Virus record (IMG/VR): IMGVR_UViG_2541047857_000009
Length of the DNA stretch: 64,000 nt
Strand: one strand, 5' to 3'
From: a virus
Taxonomy: Duplodnaviria > Heunggongvirae > Uroviricota > Caudoviricetes
Made by a program: the position numbers and the translations under genes. The notes under the pieces were generated by a model, which was not told where the DNA came from, ran no database searches, and saw only the letters and a list, made by a program, of their open reading frames with translations. This document shows, piece after piece, positions 9,202 through 18,641 of this stretch (position 1 is the first letter of the stretch; every line of letters begins with the position of its first letter).

Positions 9202-9276
9202 GCCGGTCTAGTTCAGTGGCAGAACGGCAGCCTTGTAAGCTGCGCGTCAGAGGTTCGATTCCTTTGCCCGGCACCA
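9202..9276 (+). tRNA. tRNA, anticodon TGT (Thr-like), phage-encoded
   Basis: Hand-folded cloverleaf: D-stem GTTC/GAAC, anticodon arm GCAGC-CTTGTAA-GCTGC, T-loop TTCGATT, 3' ACCA; one acceptor mismatch. Confidence 0.55.
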
Positions 9277-9333
9277 GAACCCACTGCCTGGGACCCTTCG
9301 GCCATAGAGCCGGCATTGCCTTACCCTCACATT

Positions 9334-9357
9334 GCCAGCCTGTCGCTGGCTTTTTTA
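9334..9357 (+). terminator. Intrinsic terminator after tRNA
   Basis: GCCAGC-CTGTC-GCTGGC hairpin followed by TTTTTT. Confidence 0.6.
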
Positions 9358-9440
9358 TTTTCAGGCTCCGGGAACCATCATCGACACGCCTACTTGTTAA
9401 ATCGTCCCGAGGGCCTGAACCAACTACACACGGAATAAAT

Positions 9441-9842
9441 ATGTCTGAGACCTTCACTATCGTAGGCGTTGGTCTTACATCGTCATCAGTCGGTGTAACC
9501 TTTGCCACGCTGTTTCCGGAGGCGACTCCAGCAGTGATGCTCGGATCACTCGCCGGAACTGCGCTATACGTTCTGACCTCAGATCCCCATCAACTCTGGA
9601 AGCAGGCTATCTTTGCGCTGATATCGTTTATCAGTGGCGTGTTCTTCTCCGTACCCATGGCGAAAATCATGGCCGGAATCATCAACACGCCGTTAAGCCT
9701 GATGAAGCCACCAGCCAGCATTGAGGTATCGCCAGCTGTCGGTGCAATTGTCACTGCTTCCATTTCCGTGGCAGTCCTGCTGCGTATTCTCCGCAAATCC
9801 AAAAGCGGGAAGATGCCGGGGCTGGGGGAGGAAGATAAATGA
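9441..9842 (+). CDS. Holin-like membrane protein
   Basis: Three hydrophobic segments and charged C-terminus; first gene of lysis cassette. Confidence 0.6.
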   Translation: MSETFTIVGVGLTSSSVGVTFATLFPEATPAVMLGSLAGTALYVLTSDPHQLWKQAIFALISFISGVFFSVPMAKIMAGIINTPLSLMKPPASIEVSPAVGAIVTASISVAVLLRILRKSKSGKMPGLGEEDK

Positions 9843-10114
9843 CATGGCAGCTTCTTCTGATGGATGCAAACGCCATAGTTTGCCTGTTAATCATGGTCAG
9901 GCTGATGTTTTTCCGGAAAGAGGGAAAGCGTCATCGCCTGAGTGTCGCGGTGCTGGCCTACCTGGTCATACTTGCCGCCGGATTCAACGCCTTCAACATT
10001 CTGCTCGGCCACTACGTTCAGGTTAACCTTGGCGACCTGCTGCTGAACTCCGTCATATGCATGGCGGTGTGGCTGGCGCGTGGGAACCTGGCGAAGGTCG
10101 TTATAACGGAGTAG
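9839..10114 (+). CDS. Holin/antiholin-like small membrane protein
   Basis: 91 aa with two or three TM segments, directly upstream of endolysin. Confidence 0.6.
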   Translation: MTWQLLLMDANAIVCLLIMVRLMFFRKEGKRHRLSVAVLAYLVILAAGFNAFNILLGHYVQVNLGDLLLNSVICMAVWLARGNLAKVVITE

Positions 10115-10117
10115 TCC

Positions 10118-10558
10118 ATGCAAACCAGCGAAAAGGGCATTGCCCTAATCAAAGAATTCGAAGGCTGTAGACTCACTGCTTACCAGGACAGCGTGGGCGT
10201 ATGGACGATCGGCTATGGCTGGACTCAACCTGTGGATGGAAAACCAATCCGCGCCGGGATGACTATCAAGCAGGAAACAGCAGAACGTCTGCTGAAGACC
10301 GGGCTGGTCAGCTATGAAAACGACGTGTCCCGCCTGGTTAAAGTCGGCTTGACTCAGGGGCAATTCGACGCCCTGGTGTCGTTCACGTATAACCTCGGCG
10401 CTCGGTCATTGTCGACATCGACACTCCTGCGAAAACTCAATGCCGGTGATTACGCTGGTGCTGCTGATGAGTTCCCGCGCTGGAACAAAGCAGGTGGCAA
10501 AGTCCTGAACGGGCTAACCCGTCGGCGTGAGGCGGAGCGCGCTCTGTTTCTGTCGTGA
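10118..10558 (+). CDS. Endolysin, GH24 lysozyme (T4 lysozyme-like)
   Basis: KEFEGCRLTAYQDSVGVWTIGYG catalytic region typical of phage lysozyme. Confidence 0.9.
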   Translation: MQTSEKGIALIKEFEGCRLTAYQDSVGVWTIGYGWTQPVDGKPIRAGMTIKQETAERLLKTGLVSYENDVSRLVKVGLTQGQFDALVSFTYNLGARSLSTSTLLRKLNAGDYAGAADEFPRWNKAGGKVLNGLTRRREAERALFLS

Positions 10559-10941
10559 TTAGCGCACTGGTTAAGCGTTACTGGCTGCAACTGATTGTGG
10601 TGGCGGTAATCGGCGTGCTGGCGTTCTTCGTGAACCACTACCGCGACAACGCCATTACCTACAAAGACCAGCGCGACAAGGCGACGGTCAGGGCAGATAC
10701 ATCGGAGGCGATCACCAGCAACGTGATCACCACGATGAACCTCATCCGTGACATTTCACAGGCTACCCAGAATGCAAAGAACGAACTGGCCCATAAAGGC
10801 GAAACGCGCATTGTCTACATCAGGCAGGCGCTTGAAGGCGATCCGTGCGCTAACCAGCTTGTTCCTTCTGCCGCTGCTGACAGCCTGCGGGAATACGCAG
10901 ACAGTTTACGTTCCGGCCCCGGTGGTTCCGATAAGCGCTGA
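10555..10941 (+). CDS. Rz-like i-spanin
   Basis: N-terminal TM segment, coiled-coil periplasmic region, position after endolysin. Confidence 0.8.
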   Translation: MISALVKRYWLQLIVVAVIGVLAFFVNHYRDNAITYKDQRDKATVRADTSEAITSNVITTMNLIRDISQATQNAKNELAHKGETRIVYIRQALEGDPCANQLVPSAAADSLREYADSLRSGPGGSDKR

Positions 10942-11092
10942 CCTGACAGCTGACACGCCGATCCCCGGAATTACGGTTCCGTTCACGTGGCAGGCAAGTC
11001 TGGAGTTAAACGCTCAGCTCTACACGGCGCTGGGGCAGTGCAATCTGGATAAGGCTGCGATCAGGAAAATTGAAGAAGCGAGAAAAAAATAA
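10772..11092 (+). CDS. Rz1-like o-spanin lipoprotein (overlaps Rz in +1 frame and extends past it)
   Basis: Lipobox LLTAC then Pro-rich PAPVVPISADLTADTPIPGITVP; start codon uncertain. Confidence 0.6.
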   Translation: MQRTNWPIKAKRALSTSGRRLKAIRALTSLFLLPLLTACGNTQTVYVPAPVVPISADLTADTPIPGITVPFTWQASLELNAQLYTALGQCNLDKAAIRKIEEARKK

Positions 11093-11185
11093 ATTGAATT
11101 CGAGAAATGAAAGTAGTAAAAGTCAGTCATGCTGTGAGCAGACCAGCTGAAGAGAAATCACCAAGTATCAAAAACAAAATTCTGA

Positions 11186-11211
11186 GCCTCGGCAATCGCC
11201 GGGGCTTTTTT
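11186..11211 (+). terminator. Intrinsic terminator after lysis cassette
   Basis: GCCTCGG-CAATCG-CCGGGGC hairpin followed by TTTTTT. Confidence 0.65.
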
Positions 11212-11364
11212 GTATCCGCATTTCACCGCGCACCGCAGCGCATTCAACCCACGTCGAACCATACCCTTTGAAATGAGCCTTTGAGGAAGTCAGTTAGTGC
11301 TGGCGAGCCTCGACGGGCTGATTTCCTATGCGGCAAAGGTTCATCTCAAAGAAAGGTACACGCT

Positions 11365-11910
11365 ATGACATATCCAACTGTGATCGTGAATGGTGTCTCT
11401 GTCCGAGTGGACGAGAAGGGGCGCTATAGCCTGAATGATCTTCATGCCGCCGCTGTCCTGAAAGGTGAGGCTACTGAGTCACAAAAGCCGGGCAAGTTTA
11501 TTCGTAGTGCATCAGTAAAGCGTTTCGTTCAGGCGCTGGCAGGCAAAGGACAAAAATGTCCTTTGGAAGATAACCAGGCACTTAGAGTAATTCGCGGTGG
11601 TGACGAGCCCGGCGTATGGGCTGCAGAGCTACTCGCTATTAGATATGCCGCCTGGATTAAGCCGGAGTTTGAAATCCGCGTTTATGAAACCTTCCGCGAG
11701 GCTGTGCTCAACGGTCTTAGCAATATGAACCGACTCAACCGACTTGACCTGCTGATCGCCAATGAGACCAAAGAGGTCAGCGCATGTGCCCGGGCAATGA
11801 ATAAGTGGGGCGTCGGTGGTCGCAAGAAGCTTCTCAATTGCGCTCGTGAGCGGATCGTCAGCCAGATGGACCCTGACATGGTCACGCTTATGGAAGCGAA
11901 AGCAGGGTAG
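11365..11910 (+). CDS. KilA-N domain protein
   Basis: N-terminal KilA-N-like region (VSVRVDEKGRYSLNDLHAA); AAAGAAAGG SD; flanked by terminator. Confidence 0.7.
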   Translation: MTYPTVIVNGVSVRVDEKGRYSLNDLHAAAVLKGEATESQKPGKFIRSASVKRFVQALAGKGQKCPLEDNQALRVIRGGDEPGVWAAELLAIRYAAWIKPEFEIRVYETFREAVLNGLSNMNRLNRLDLLIANETKEVSACARAMNKWGVGGRKKLLNCARERIVSQMDPDMVTLMEAKAG

Positions 11911-12139
11911 CCAACGCAGAATTGCGTCGGCAAATAGCGGCATTACAGAAGCTCTTCACTGAGGGGCTTCGATAATGACAAGCAGAGGTAAATTATGATT
12001 GGCACCCTAACCTATAAAATGACACTTCGCCCATACATGAAGCCCTTGCTGTTTGTCGCGGCAATGACTAACTGGCACTGGTTAACCGATATCTGCTTCA
12101 AGAAAGAGATTGTCGCAGAAGGCGCGAAGGTGGAGCTAA

Positions 12140-12358
12140 ATGGCTGACATCTACCAAATCACGCTAACCACCCAAACAGGCGAAACCTTCACGGGCAAGA
12201 TGTCACGACGTCAGCCTGAGCTGGTTAACGGCTTTGTGCCGCTGGCGACCGAAACGGGGCAGTGGCTGTACTTCGCTCCTGCTGATGTAAAGCGTGTGGA
12301 GTTCACGCCAGTACCTGAAGAGCAGACCGAACAGCCAGAAGAACAAACAACGGAGTAA
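12140..12358 (+). CDS. Hypothetical protein with acidic C-terminal repeat
   Basis: 72-aa ORF ending PEEQTEQPEEQTTE. Confidence 0.45.
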   Translation: MADIYQITLTTQTGETFTGKMSRRQPELVNGFVPLATETGQWLYFAPADVKRVEFTPVPEEQTEQPEEQTTE

Positions 12359-12361
12359 CTC

Positions 12362-12994
12362 ATGGCAAGCGACGAAGAGAAAAGGCCACTGCCGAGTTCA
12401 GCATTCGTCGAAGAGTTCGCGCCATACACAAGACTGATTCCAGCTGATGGCGTGTGGCAGTGGGTACAAGCGAACATCATTGCCGAATCAGGCCACCTGC
12501 ATAACCCCGACCATATTCATCTGGCAGATGCTGATATCGGCTTCCTTTGGGCTGCTAATGCTTTCTCAAAGAAAGGGCGCACTGTTCTCGGGCAGGCCGA
12601 AGAAGTTATGTTTCGCGCTGGCGGGTGGCAAAAAGCCCGCATGGAGCAGCAGATGTATGAATGGTTCGGGCATAAGCCGGATTACATCATTACCCTTGCT
12701 GGCGACTTCTGCCTTAAGTGCTCTGATCTGGAATTCTGCGCCCTGATTGAACATGAGCTTTACCACATCGCCCAAGAGGTTGATGAGTTCAGCGCTCCCA
12801 AGTTCTACAGAGACAGTGGTTTGCCAAAACTTTGCATGCGTGGTCATGACGTCGAAGAGTTTATCGGCGTGGTTCGCAGATACGGCGCAAGCTCTGATGT
12901 GCAGGAATTGGTAGACGCTGCAAACAACCCCGCCGAAGTGGCGAAAATTAACATAGCCAGAGCATGCGGAACGTGCATGCTGAAGCTGGCTTAA
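12362..12994 (+). CDS. HExxH-motif protein, putative zinc metallopeptidase-like accessory protein
   Basis: LIEHELYHIAQE motif plus scattered Cys; no confident family assignment. Confidence 0.5.
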   Translation: MASDEEKRPLPSSAFVEEFAPYTRLIPADGVWQWVQANIIAESGHLHNPDHIHLADADIGFLWAANAFSKKGRTVLGQAEEVMFRAGGWQKARMEQQMYEWFGHKPDYIITLAGDFCLKCSDLEFCALIEHELYHIAQEVDEFSAPKFYRDSGLPKLCMRGHDVEEFIGVVRRYGASSDVQELVDAANNPAEVAKINIARACGTCMLKLA

Positions 12995-13024
12995 ATTTGT
13001 AATGCTTTGGAAGGATGGTGATTC

Positions 13025-13480
13025 ATGGCTGCACTAAAACCAGAGGTGAAAGCCGCCATCGTTCAAATGCTTGCGTGCTATGACACCCTGTCGATTGTGG
13101 TCGACTCCGTCCAAAAAGATTACGGGATAAAAGTCACCCCGCAGCAAGTCGAATCGCACGACCCGACTAAGGCCAGCGGGAAAGGGCTGGCGCAGAAATG
13201 GGTAGAACTATTCAACGAAACCCGCAAGCGCTTCCAGACAGAAATCAGCGACATCCCGATCGCTAACAAAGCCTATCGTCTGCGCGCGCTCGACCGGATG
13301 ATGACCAACGCCGAGAAGATGCGAAACATGGCTCTTGCCGCATCGCTAATGGAGCAGGCGGCGAAAGAGGTTGGCGATGCGTACAGCAACAAACAGAAGG
13401 TCGAGCACACCAGTCCGGACGGAAGCATGACGCCGAAGCCGACCATTATCCAGTTACTACCCGTTGAGCCTAAAGCATGA
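13025..13480 (+). CDS. Terminase small subunit
   Basis: 151 aa, immediately upstream of and overlapping large terminase. Confidence 0.7.
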   Translation: MAALKPEVKAAIVQMLACYDTLSIVVDSVQKDYGIKVTPQQVESHDPTKASGKGLAQKWVELFNETRKRFQTEISDIPIANKAYRLRALDRMMTNAEKMRNMALAASLMEQAAKEVGDAYSNKQKVEHTSPDGSMTPKPTIIQLLPVEPKA

Positions 13481-14724
13481 GTGAAGCCGTTCAACTGCCG
13501 ATCCCAGCGAAGCTTGCACCGCTGTTCACTGCTGTGAATAAGCGCTACCGGTGCTCGCACGGAGGACGTGGTAGCGCCAAGACGAGAACATTCGCCTTGA
13601 TGACTGCCGTAAAGGCGTATCAGGCGATGATGAACGGTGAAAGCGGTGTGGTGCTCTGCGCTCGCGAATTTATGAACTCGCTGGAAGAGTCGAGTATGCA
13701 GGAGGTGAAACAGGCGATCCTGTCTGTTCCGTGGCTGGCTTCCAACTTTGATATCGGCGAGAAGTACATCCGCACCATCGACAAGAGCGTTAACTACGTG
13801 TTCTGCGGTCTGCGGCATAACCTCGACAGCATCAAGTCGAAAGCGCGCATCCTGCTGTGCTGGGTTGATGAAGCGGAATCAGTCAGCGAAATTGCCTGGC
13901 AGAAGCTGAGCCCGACCGTTCGTGAAGAGGGGTCAGAGATTTGGGTGACGTGGAACCCGGAGCGAGACGGTAGCGCCACGGATAAGCGTTTCCGCAAAGA
14001 GGCAGGCGACGACTGCATCACCGTTGAAATGAACTATACGGATAACCCGTGGTTCCCTGATGTGCTGGAAGGCGAGCGACAGAACGATCAGCGCCGCCTC
14101 GACCCGGCAACATACGCATGGGTGTGGGAAGGGGCTTATCTCGAAAACTCCGATAAGCAGGTACTGGCCGGGAAATACCGGATTGCTGAGTTCTCGGACC
14201 AACTATGGAAAGAGGCCGAACGTCTGTTCTTCGGTGCTGACTTCGGTTTCGCCAAAGACCCTAACACGTTGGTGCGTTCGTTCATCCTGCATAACCGGCT
14301 GTACATCGAATACGAGGCATACGGTCAGCAAACTGAGCTCGACCACATGCCAAAGCTGTACGACACGATTCCAGGTGCGCGTGACTGGCCCATTAAAGCC
14401 GACTCCGCTCGACCCGAGACGATCAGCTATCTAAAGCGGCAGGGCTTCAACATCTCAGCCGCTGAGAAATGGCAAGGAAGCGTTGAGGACGGGATCGCAC
14501 ACCTTCGCGGATTCGACGAAATCATTATCCATCCGCGCTGCAAGAATGTGGCGCGAGAGGCCCGCATGTGGTCGTACAAAACAGACCGCATTACTGGCGA
14601 GGTGCTGCCGAAACTGGCCGACGGCTATGAACACTGCTGGGACGGTATCCGCTACAGCCTAGACGGGCACATTAAGCGTAAAGGCCAGATGGCCGGGATG
14701 ATGATCCCAAAACGGCTGCGATAA
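13477..14724 (+). CDS. Terminase large subunit (PBSX/Terminase_3-like)
   Basis: Walker A-like GGRGSAKT near N-terminus, C-terminal nuclease region, 415 aa. Confidence 0.85.
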   Translation: MSEAVQLPIPAKLAPLFTAVNKRYRCSHGGRGSAKTRTFALMTAVKAYQAMMNGESGVVLCAREFMNSLEESSMQEVKQAILSVPWLASNFDIGEKYIRTIDKSVNYVFCGLRHNLDSIKSKARILLCWVDEAESVSEIAWQKLSPTVREEGSEIWVTWNPERDGSATDKRFRKEAGDDCITVEMNYTDNPWFPDVLEGERQNDQRRLDPATYAWVWEGAYLENSDKQVLAGKYRIAEFSDQLWKEAERLFFGADFGFAKDPNTLVRSFILHNRLYIEYEAYGQQTELDHMPKLYDTIPGARDWPIKADSARPETISYLKRQGFNISAAEKWQGSVEDGIAHLRGFDEIIIHPRCKNVAREARMWSYKTDRITGEVLPKLADGYEHCWDGIRYSLDGHIKRKGQMAGMMIPKRLR

Positions 14725-14783
14725 TTTGTACGAATACCAAGCGAAGTCATAATTAAACTCCCGCCATATGATTCGGAGGTTTT

Positions 14784-15017
14784 ATGCATAGCTTTGAGCA
14801 CTTGGTTGCAGAAATAAGAGAAGAGTTAAGGCTTAGAGGGCTTGAGCATTCATCGCTAATTTTTACTAAGCTTGCTCAGCAATACGCCCCTTACTATCAA
14901 TCATTCGAACCTGAAAGAAAAGAGGCGTTACTGCTAAAGCTTAAGGCGCTTGAGAGAAGCGTGGGGCTACAGAAACCATTTGATTGGGAATCAGCCCTCT
15001 CAACGAAAAAAGAATAG
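14784..15017 (+). CDS. Hypothetical small protein
   Basis: 77-aa ORF between terminase and portal. Confidence 0.4.
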   Translation: MHSFEHLVAEIREELRLRGLEHSSLIFTKLAQQYAPYYQSFEPERKEALLLKLKALERSVGLQKPFDWESALSTKKE

Positions 15018-15067
15018 GTCGCTCAGGCGGCCTTTTTTATTGCCATAAATCCACCACCGGACAATCC

Positions 15068-16417
15068 ATGAATGACAAATTAACTCTCGCCGTCAACCAT
15101 GCGTTGAACGATGCGCGGATGGCTCGCGCCCGTATGGGGCTGATGGCGCCTACAATGGGGCTGGACAACAAGCGCCACTCTGCATGGTGCGAGTATGGAT
15201 TCCCTGAGCAGGTAACCTACGAAAACCTTTATGCCCTGTACCGACGCGGTGGTATTGCCCACGGCGCAGTAGAGAAACTGGTGGGCAAGTGCTGGCAGAC
15301 TAACCCGGAAATCATCGAGGGTGATCAGGCAGACAAAAAGCGCAAAGAAACCGCCTGGGAGAAAAAGGCCAAACAGGTATTCACCAACCGATTCTGGCGC
15401 TCATTCTCTGAGGCCGATCGCCGTCGTCTGGTGGGCCGTTATGCTGGCATCCTTCTGCACGTCCGCGATGAAAAAGACTGGAACCTTCCGGTAACCAAAG
15501 GGCGAGGTCTTCAGAAAATATCGGTGGCGTGGGCAGGATCGCTTACGGTGAGCGAGTGGGACACTGGCCTGAACTCGAAGACGTACGGCCAGCCTCAGAT
15601 GTGGCAGTACGCCGAACGCTTGCCGAATGGTTCAAGTCGCCGCGTCAATATCCACCCCGATCGCGTTTTCATCCTTGGTGATTACTCAGACGATGCTATT
15701 GGCTTCCTTGAGCCAGCTTATAACGCCTTTGTAAGCCTGGAGAAGGTAGAGGGTGGATCCGGCGAGTCATTCCTGAAGAACGCCGCGCGCCAGCTTAATG
15801 TCAACTTTGAGAAGGAAATCGACTTCAACAATCTTGCGTCACTTTATGGCGTGAGCATTGACGAGTTGCAGGATAAGTTTAACGAAGTTGCCGGGGAAAT
15901 GAACCGTGGCAACGATGTTTTGATGACAACCCAAGGGGCCACGGTCACACCGCTGGTGACTGCTGTAGCTGATCCTTCAGCGACCTATAACGTCAACCTG
16001 CAAACGGCTGCCGCCGGTGTTGATATCCCGACGCGCATTCTGGTTGGTAATCAGCAGGCCGAGCGCTCCAGCACCGAAGACCAGAAATACTTTAATGCTC
16101 GTTGTCAGTCGCGACGCGTAGACCTCTCTTTCGAAATAGAGGACTTCTGCGACAAGCTTATCGATCTACAAATCGTAGACTCAGTCAGTCAGAAGGCTGT
16201 TATCTGGGATGACCTTAACGAACAGACCGGTACTGAGAAGCTCACTAACGCCAAGACCATGGGCGAAATTAACCAGACCATGCAGGGCAGCGGCGAAGAG
16301 CCAGCGTTCAGCCGTGAAGAGATTCGTACAGCTGCGGGTTATGACAATGACGACGAAGAGCCGTTAGGAGAAGAGGATGGCGACGAACAAGACGAAGCCA
16401 CCAATTCTACCGCGTAA
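15068..16417 (+). CDS. Portal protein
   Basis: About 450 aa following terminase, acidic C-terminal tail; start taken at ATG 15068. Confidence 0.75.
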   Translation: MNDKLTLAVNHALNDARMARARMGLMAPTMGLDNKRHSAWCEYGFPEQVTYENLYALYRRGGIAHGAVEKLVGKCWQTNPEIIEGDQADKKRKETAWEKKAKQVFTNRFWRSFSEADRRRLVGRYAGILLHVRDEKDWNLPVTKGRGLQKISVAWAGSLTVSEWDTGLNSKTYGQPQMWQYAERLPNGSSRRVNIHPDRVFILGDYSDDAIGFLEPAYNAFVSLEKVEGGSGESFLKNAARQLNVNFEKEIDFNNLASLYGVSIDELQDKFNEVAGEMNRGNDVLMTTQGATVTPLVTAVADPSATYNVNLQTAAAGVDIPTRILVGNQQAERSSTEDQKYFNARCQSRRVDLSFEIEDFCDKLIDLQIVDSVSQKAVIWDDLNEQTGTEKLTNAKTMGEINQTMQGSGEEPAFSREEIRTAAGYDNDDEEPLGEEDGDEQDEATNSTA

Positions 16418-17303
16418 CTATCAGGATCCTACCGGAGCCGATGCGCTGGAACGACGGACAATGAAAGACTTCGCCAGGCGGATGAAAAAGATTGGCAAGG
16501 CGTACAAATCAGCACTCGACAAAATACCTTCCTCCCTCGCAGTAAACGCCAGATACGAATACCAGTTAAACCCAACGCTACTCTCCATCATCCTGAACGA
16601 TGCCAGTTACCTGGTGGATCAGGTGCTGCTTGAAGGTGGCGATTATGACCTGTGGTTTTACGAGTACATCGATCTGGCTTCGGAGAAGGGGACCGGGCAG
16701 TCATTCTACAACCTCAGCCAGCAGTCGCCGGTGTACGCCGCCGGTCGTGAGTCGCTGGCCTCCATCCTCGCAAGCGACCCTTACCAGCAACGCATGGCGC
16801 TGGTGCATGCCCGTGTGTTTGAGGAAATGAAGGGGCTGACGGCTGACGTTAAGCGCGACATGGCGCGCGTGCTGACTGATGGTGTGGGGCGCGGTCTCAA
16901 TCCGCTGGACATTGCCCGCAACCTCACAGAACAGACCGGCATCGAGAAGCGCCGGGCGAACCGGATAGCGCGCACTGAAGTGACTACCGCGCTGCGCCGG
17001 GCCAAGTGGGATGAAGACCAGGAGGCGAATGACCTCTTCGGCCTGAAAACTCTGCTGGTTCACATCTCGGCTCTGTCGCCGACAACGCGACATACCCACG
17101 CAGTGCGCCATGCCCACCTCTACACCAACGAAGAGGTGCGTGACTGGTACAGCAAAGATGGCAACTCCATCAACTGCAAATGCAGCCAGCAGTCGGTGCT
17201 GGTGGATGCGGACGGCAAGCCGGAATACCCGGACACCATCACGAAACTCAAACAGGAATATAAATCGATGCAGGCGAGCGGTTACGCCTGGGCGGAGAAA
17301 TAA
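16377..17303 (+). CDS. Head morphogenesis protein (SPP1 gp7 / Mu F-like)
   Basis: Position after portal and overall resemblance to gp7/F-like minor head proteins. Confidence 0.7.
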   Translation: MATNKTKPPILPRNYQDPTGADALERRTMKDFARRMKKIGKAYKSALDKIPSSLAVNARYEYQLNPTLLSIILNDASYLVDQVLLEGGDYDLWFYEYIDLASEKGTGQSFYNLSQQSPVYAAGRESLASILASDPYQQRMALVHARVFEEMKGLTADVKRDMARVLTDGVGRGLNPLDIARNLTEQTGIEKRRANRIARTEVTTALRRAKWDEDQEANDLFGLKTLLVHISALSPTTRHTHAVRHAHLYTNEEVRDWYSKDGNSINCKCSQQSVLVDADGKPEYPDTITKLKQEYKSMQASGYAWAEK

Positions 17304-17306
17304 CTC

Positions 17307-18629
17307 ATGAAATTCCAGGTAAACCACGAAGCACAGCGTCCAATCCAGGCACCGAAACATGGTGAGCATATTCAGGTCAACATCACCACAAAGGTGAACA
17401 GCCAGTCTATCCGGCGCGAAACATACAACGGGCGTGAGCACCTGGTGCTGCCGAGCTACACACTTCCAGCTAACGTCGTCATGAATGGCGGCTTGTACAC
17501 GCAAGAGCAAATCGACGCCCACTATAAGGGGCTGGAAGGTACCCTGGCGCCGCTGGGTCACCCTCAGGTTAACGGTCAGTTCGTGTCTGCTTTCTCTCCT
17601 GAGGGGATTAACGCAGGCCATATCGGCGCGTGGAACCGCAACGTTAAGAAGTCCGGTAATCGTATCTACCTCGAAAAGTGGGTTGATGTGGCCCGTGCCA
17701 GCGAGTCGGAAGGTGGCAGGGAACTGCTTGAGCGTGTCGCTGCCATTGAGCGCGGTGAAAACGTTCCGCCGATTCACACCAGCGTCGCTGCTTTCCTCGA
17801 CCAGCTTGAACCAAACGAACAGCAACGGGCCACTGGCGCTGAGTGGGTTGCGAAGATTTACAGCATGGATCACGACGCGATCCTGCTGCACGAAGTCGGA
17901 GCCGCCACCCCTGAGCAGGGCGTTGGCCTGATGGTAAACGCCGATCTGGCGCAGCCGCTTAAAGCGAACTCCGGCGCGCTGGTGGGTGAATCCTACCGGG
18001 AGCGCGAACAGCGTCTTGATCGCGCAGCCAAAGCGAAGTTTGCGGCGGGCGCGGATGAATATGCCTGGGTTGCTGACTTCACTGATTCGCAGGTAGTTAT
18101 CGTGCGAAATGGCGGCGATGCGCAGGTTTACGGCTATTCCGCTGATGGCGGGAAGATCGCTATCGACGATACCGGCACCGCAGTAGCGCGCCAGGAGTCG
18201 TGGGTGGCAGTCGTCGCTAACAAATTCAAAGCTCTATTCACACCGCAGGAACAGCCTGCACCAAACCACAAAACGGAGGGCGACATGCCTTTAACCAAAG
18301 AAGAACTGGAACAAATCGGCAGCATGATCGGCCAGGCTGTTGCGACCAATACTGAAGCGGCTATTAAGCCTCTCGCGGAAAAGGTTGATGCGCTGCAGGC
18401 CAATCAGAAGCAACTCGCGGAAACCCTGACCGCGAACTCCCGTGCCGAAGAGAAAGCAAAGCGCGAAGCGGTTGCGAAGGCCCATGGCGATATCGTCGCG
18501 AACGCTCTGTCAGGCGAAGCTCTGGACGCGATGTTCAAGTCGCTGGGCGAAGCTGCGCCGCTGGGCACCAACAATGCTCAGCAGCACAAAGAAACCGGCG
18601 CACCAGCCGCAGACGAACACTTCAAGTAA
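17307..18629 (+). CDS. Scaffold/prohead-associated protein (DUF2213-like)
   Basis: 440 aa with Ala/Glu-rich coiled-coil C-terminus, between head morphogenesis and capsid genes. Confidence 0.55.
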   Translation: MKFQVNHEAQRPIQAPKHGEHIQVNITTKVNSQSIRRETYNGREHLVLPSYTLPANVVMNGGLYTQEQIDAHYKGLEGTLAPLGHPQVNGQFVSAFSPEGINAGHIGAWNRNVKKSGNRIYLEKWVDVARASESEGGRELLERVAAIERGENVPPIHTSVAAFLDQLEPNEQQRATGAEWVAKIYSMDHDAILLHEVGAATPEQGVGLMVNADLAQPLKANSGALVGESYREREQRLDRAAKAKFAAGADEYAWVADFTDSQVVIVRNGGDAQVYGYSADGGKIAIDDTGTAVARQESWVAVVANKFKALFTPQEQPAPNHKTEGDMPLTKEELEQIGSMIGQAVATNTEAAIKPLAEKVDALQANQKQLAETLTANSRAEEKAKREAVAKAHGDIVANALSGEALDAMFKSLGEAAPLGTNNAQQHKETGAPAADEHFK

Positions 18630-18641
18630 GGAGCCGGAATA

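Noticed and set aside
16701-17891. 396-aa minus-strand ORF spanning the head morphogenesis and scaffold genes
   Set aside because: Entirely antisense to two strongly supported co-directional structural genes, no RBS, composition typical of a GC-rich antisense frame; judged spurious.
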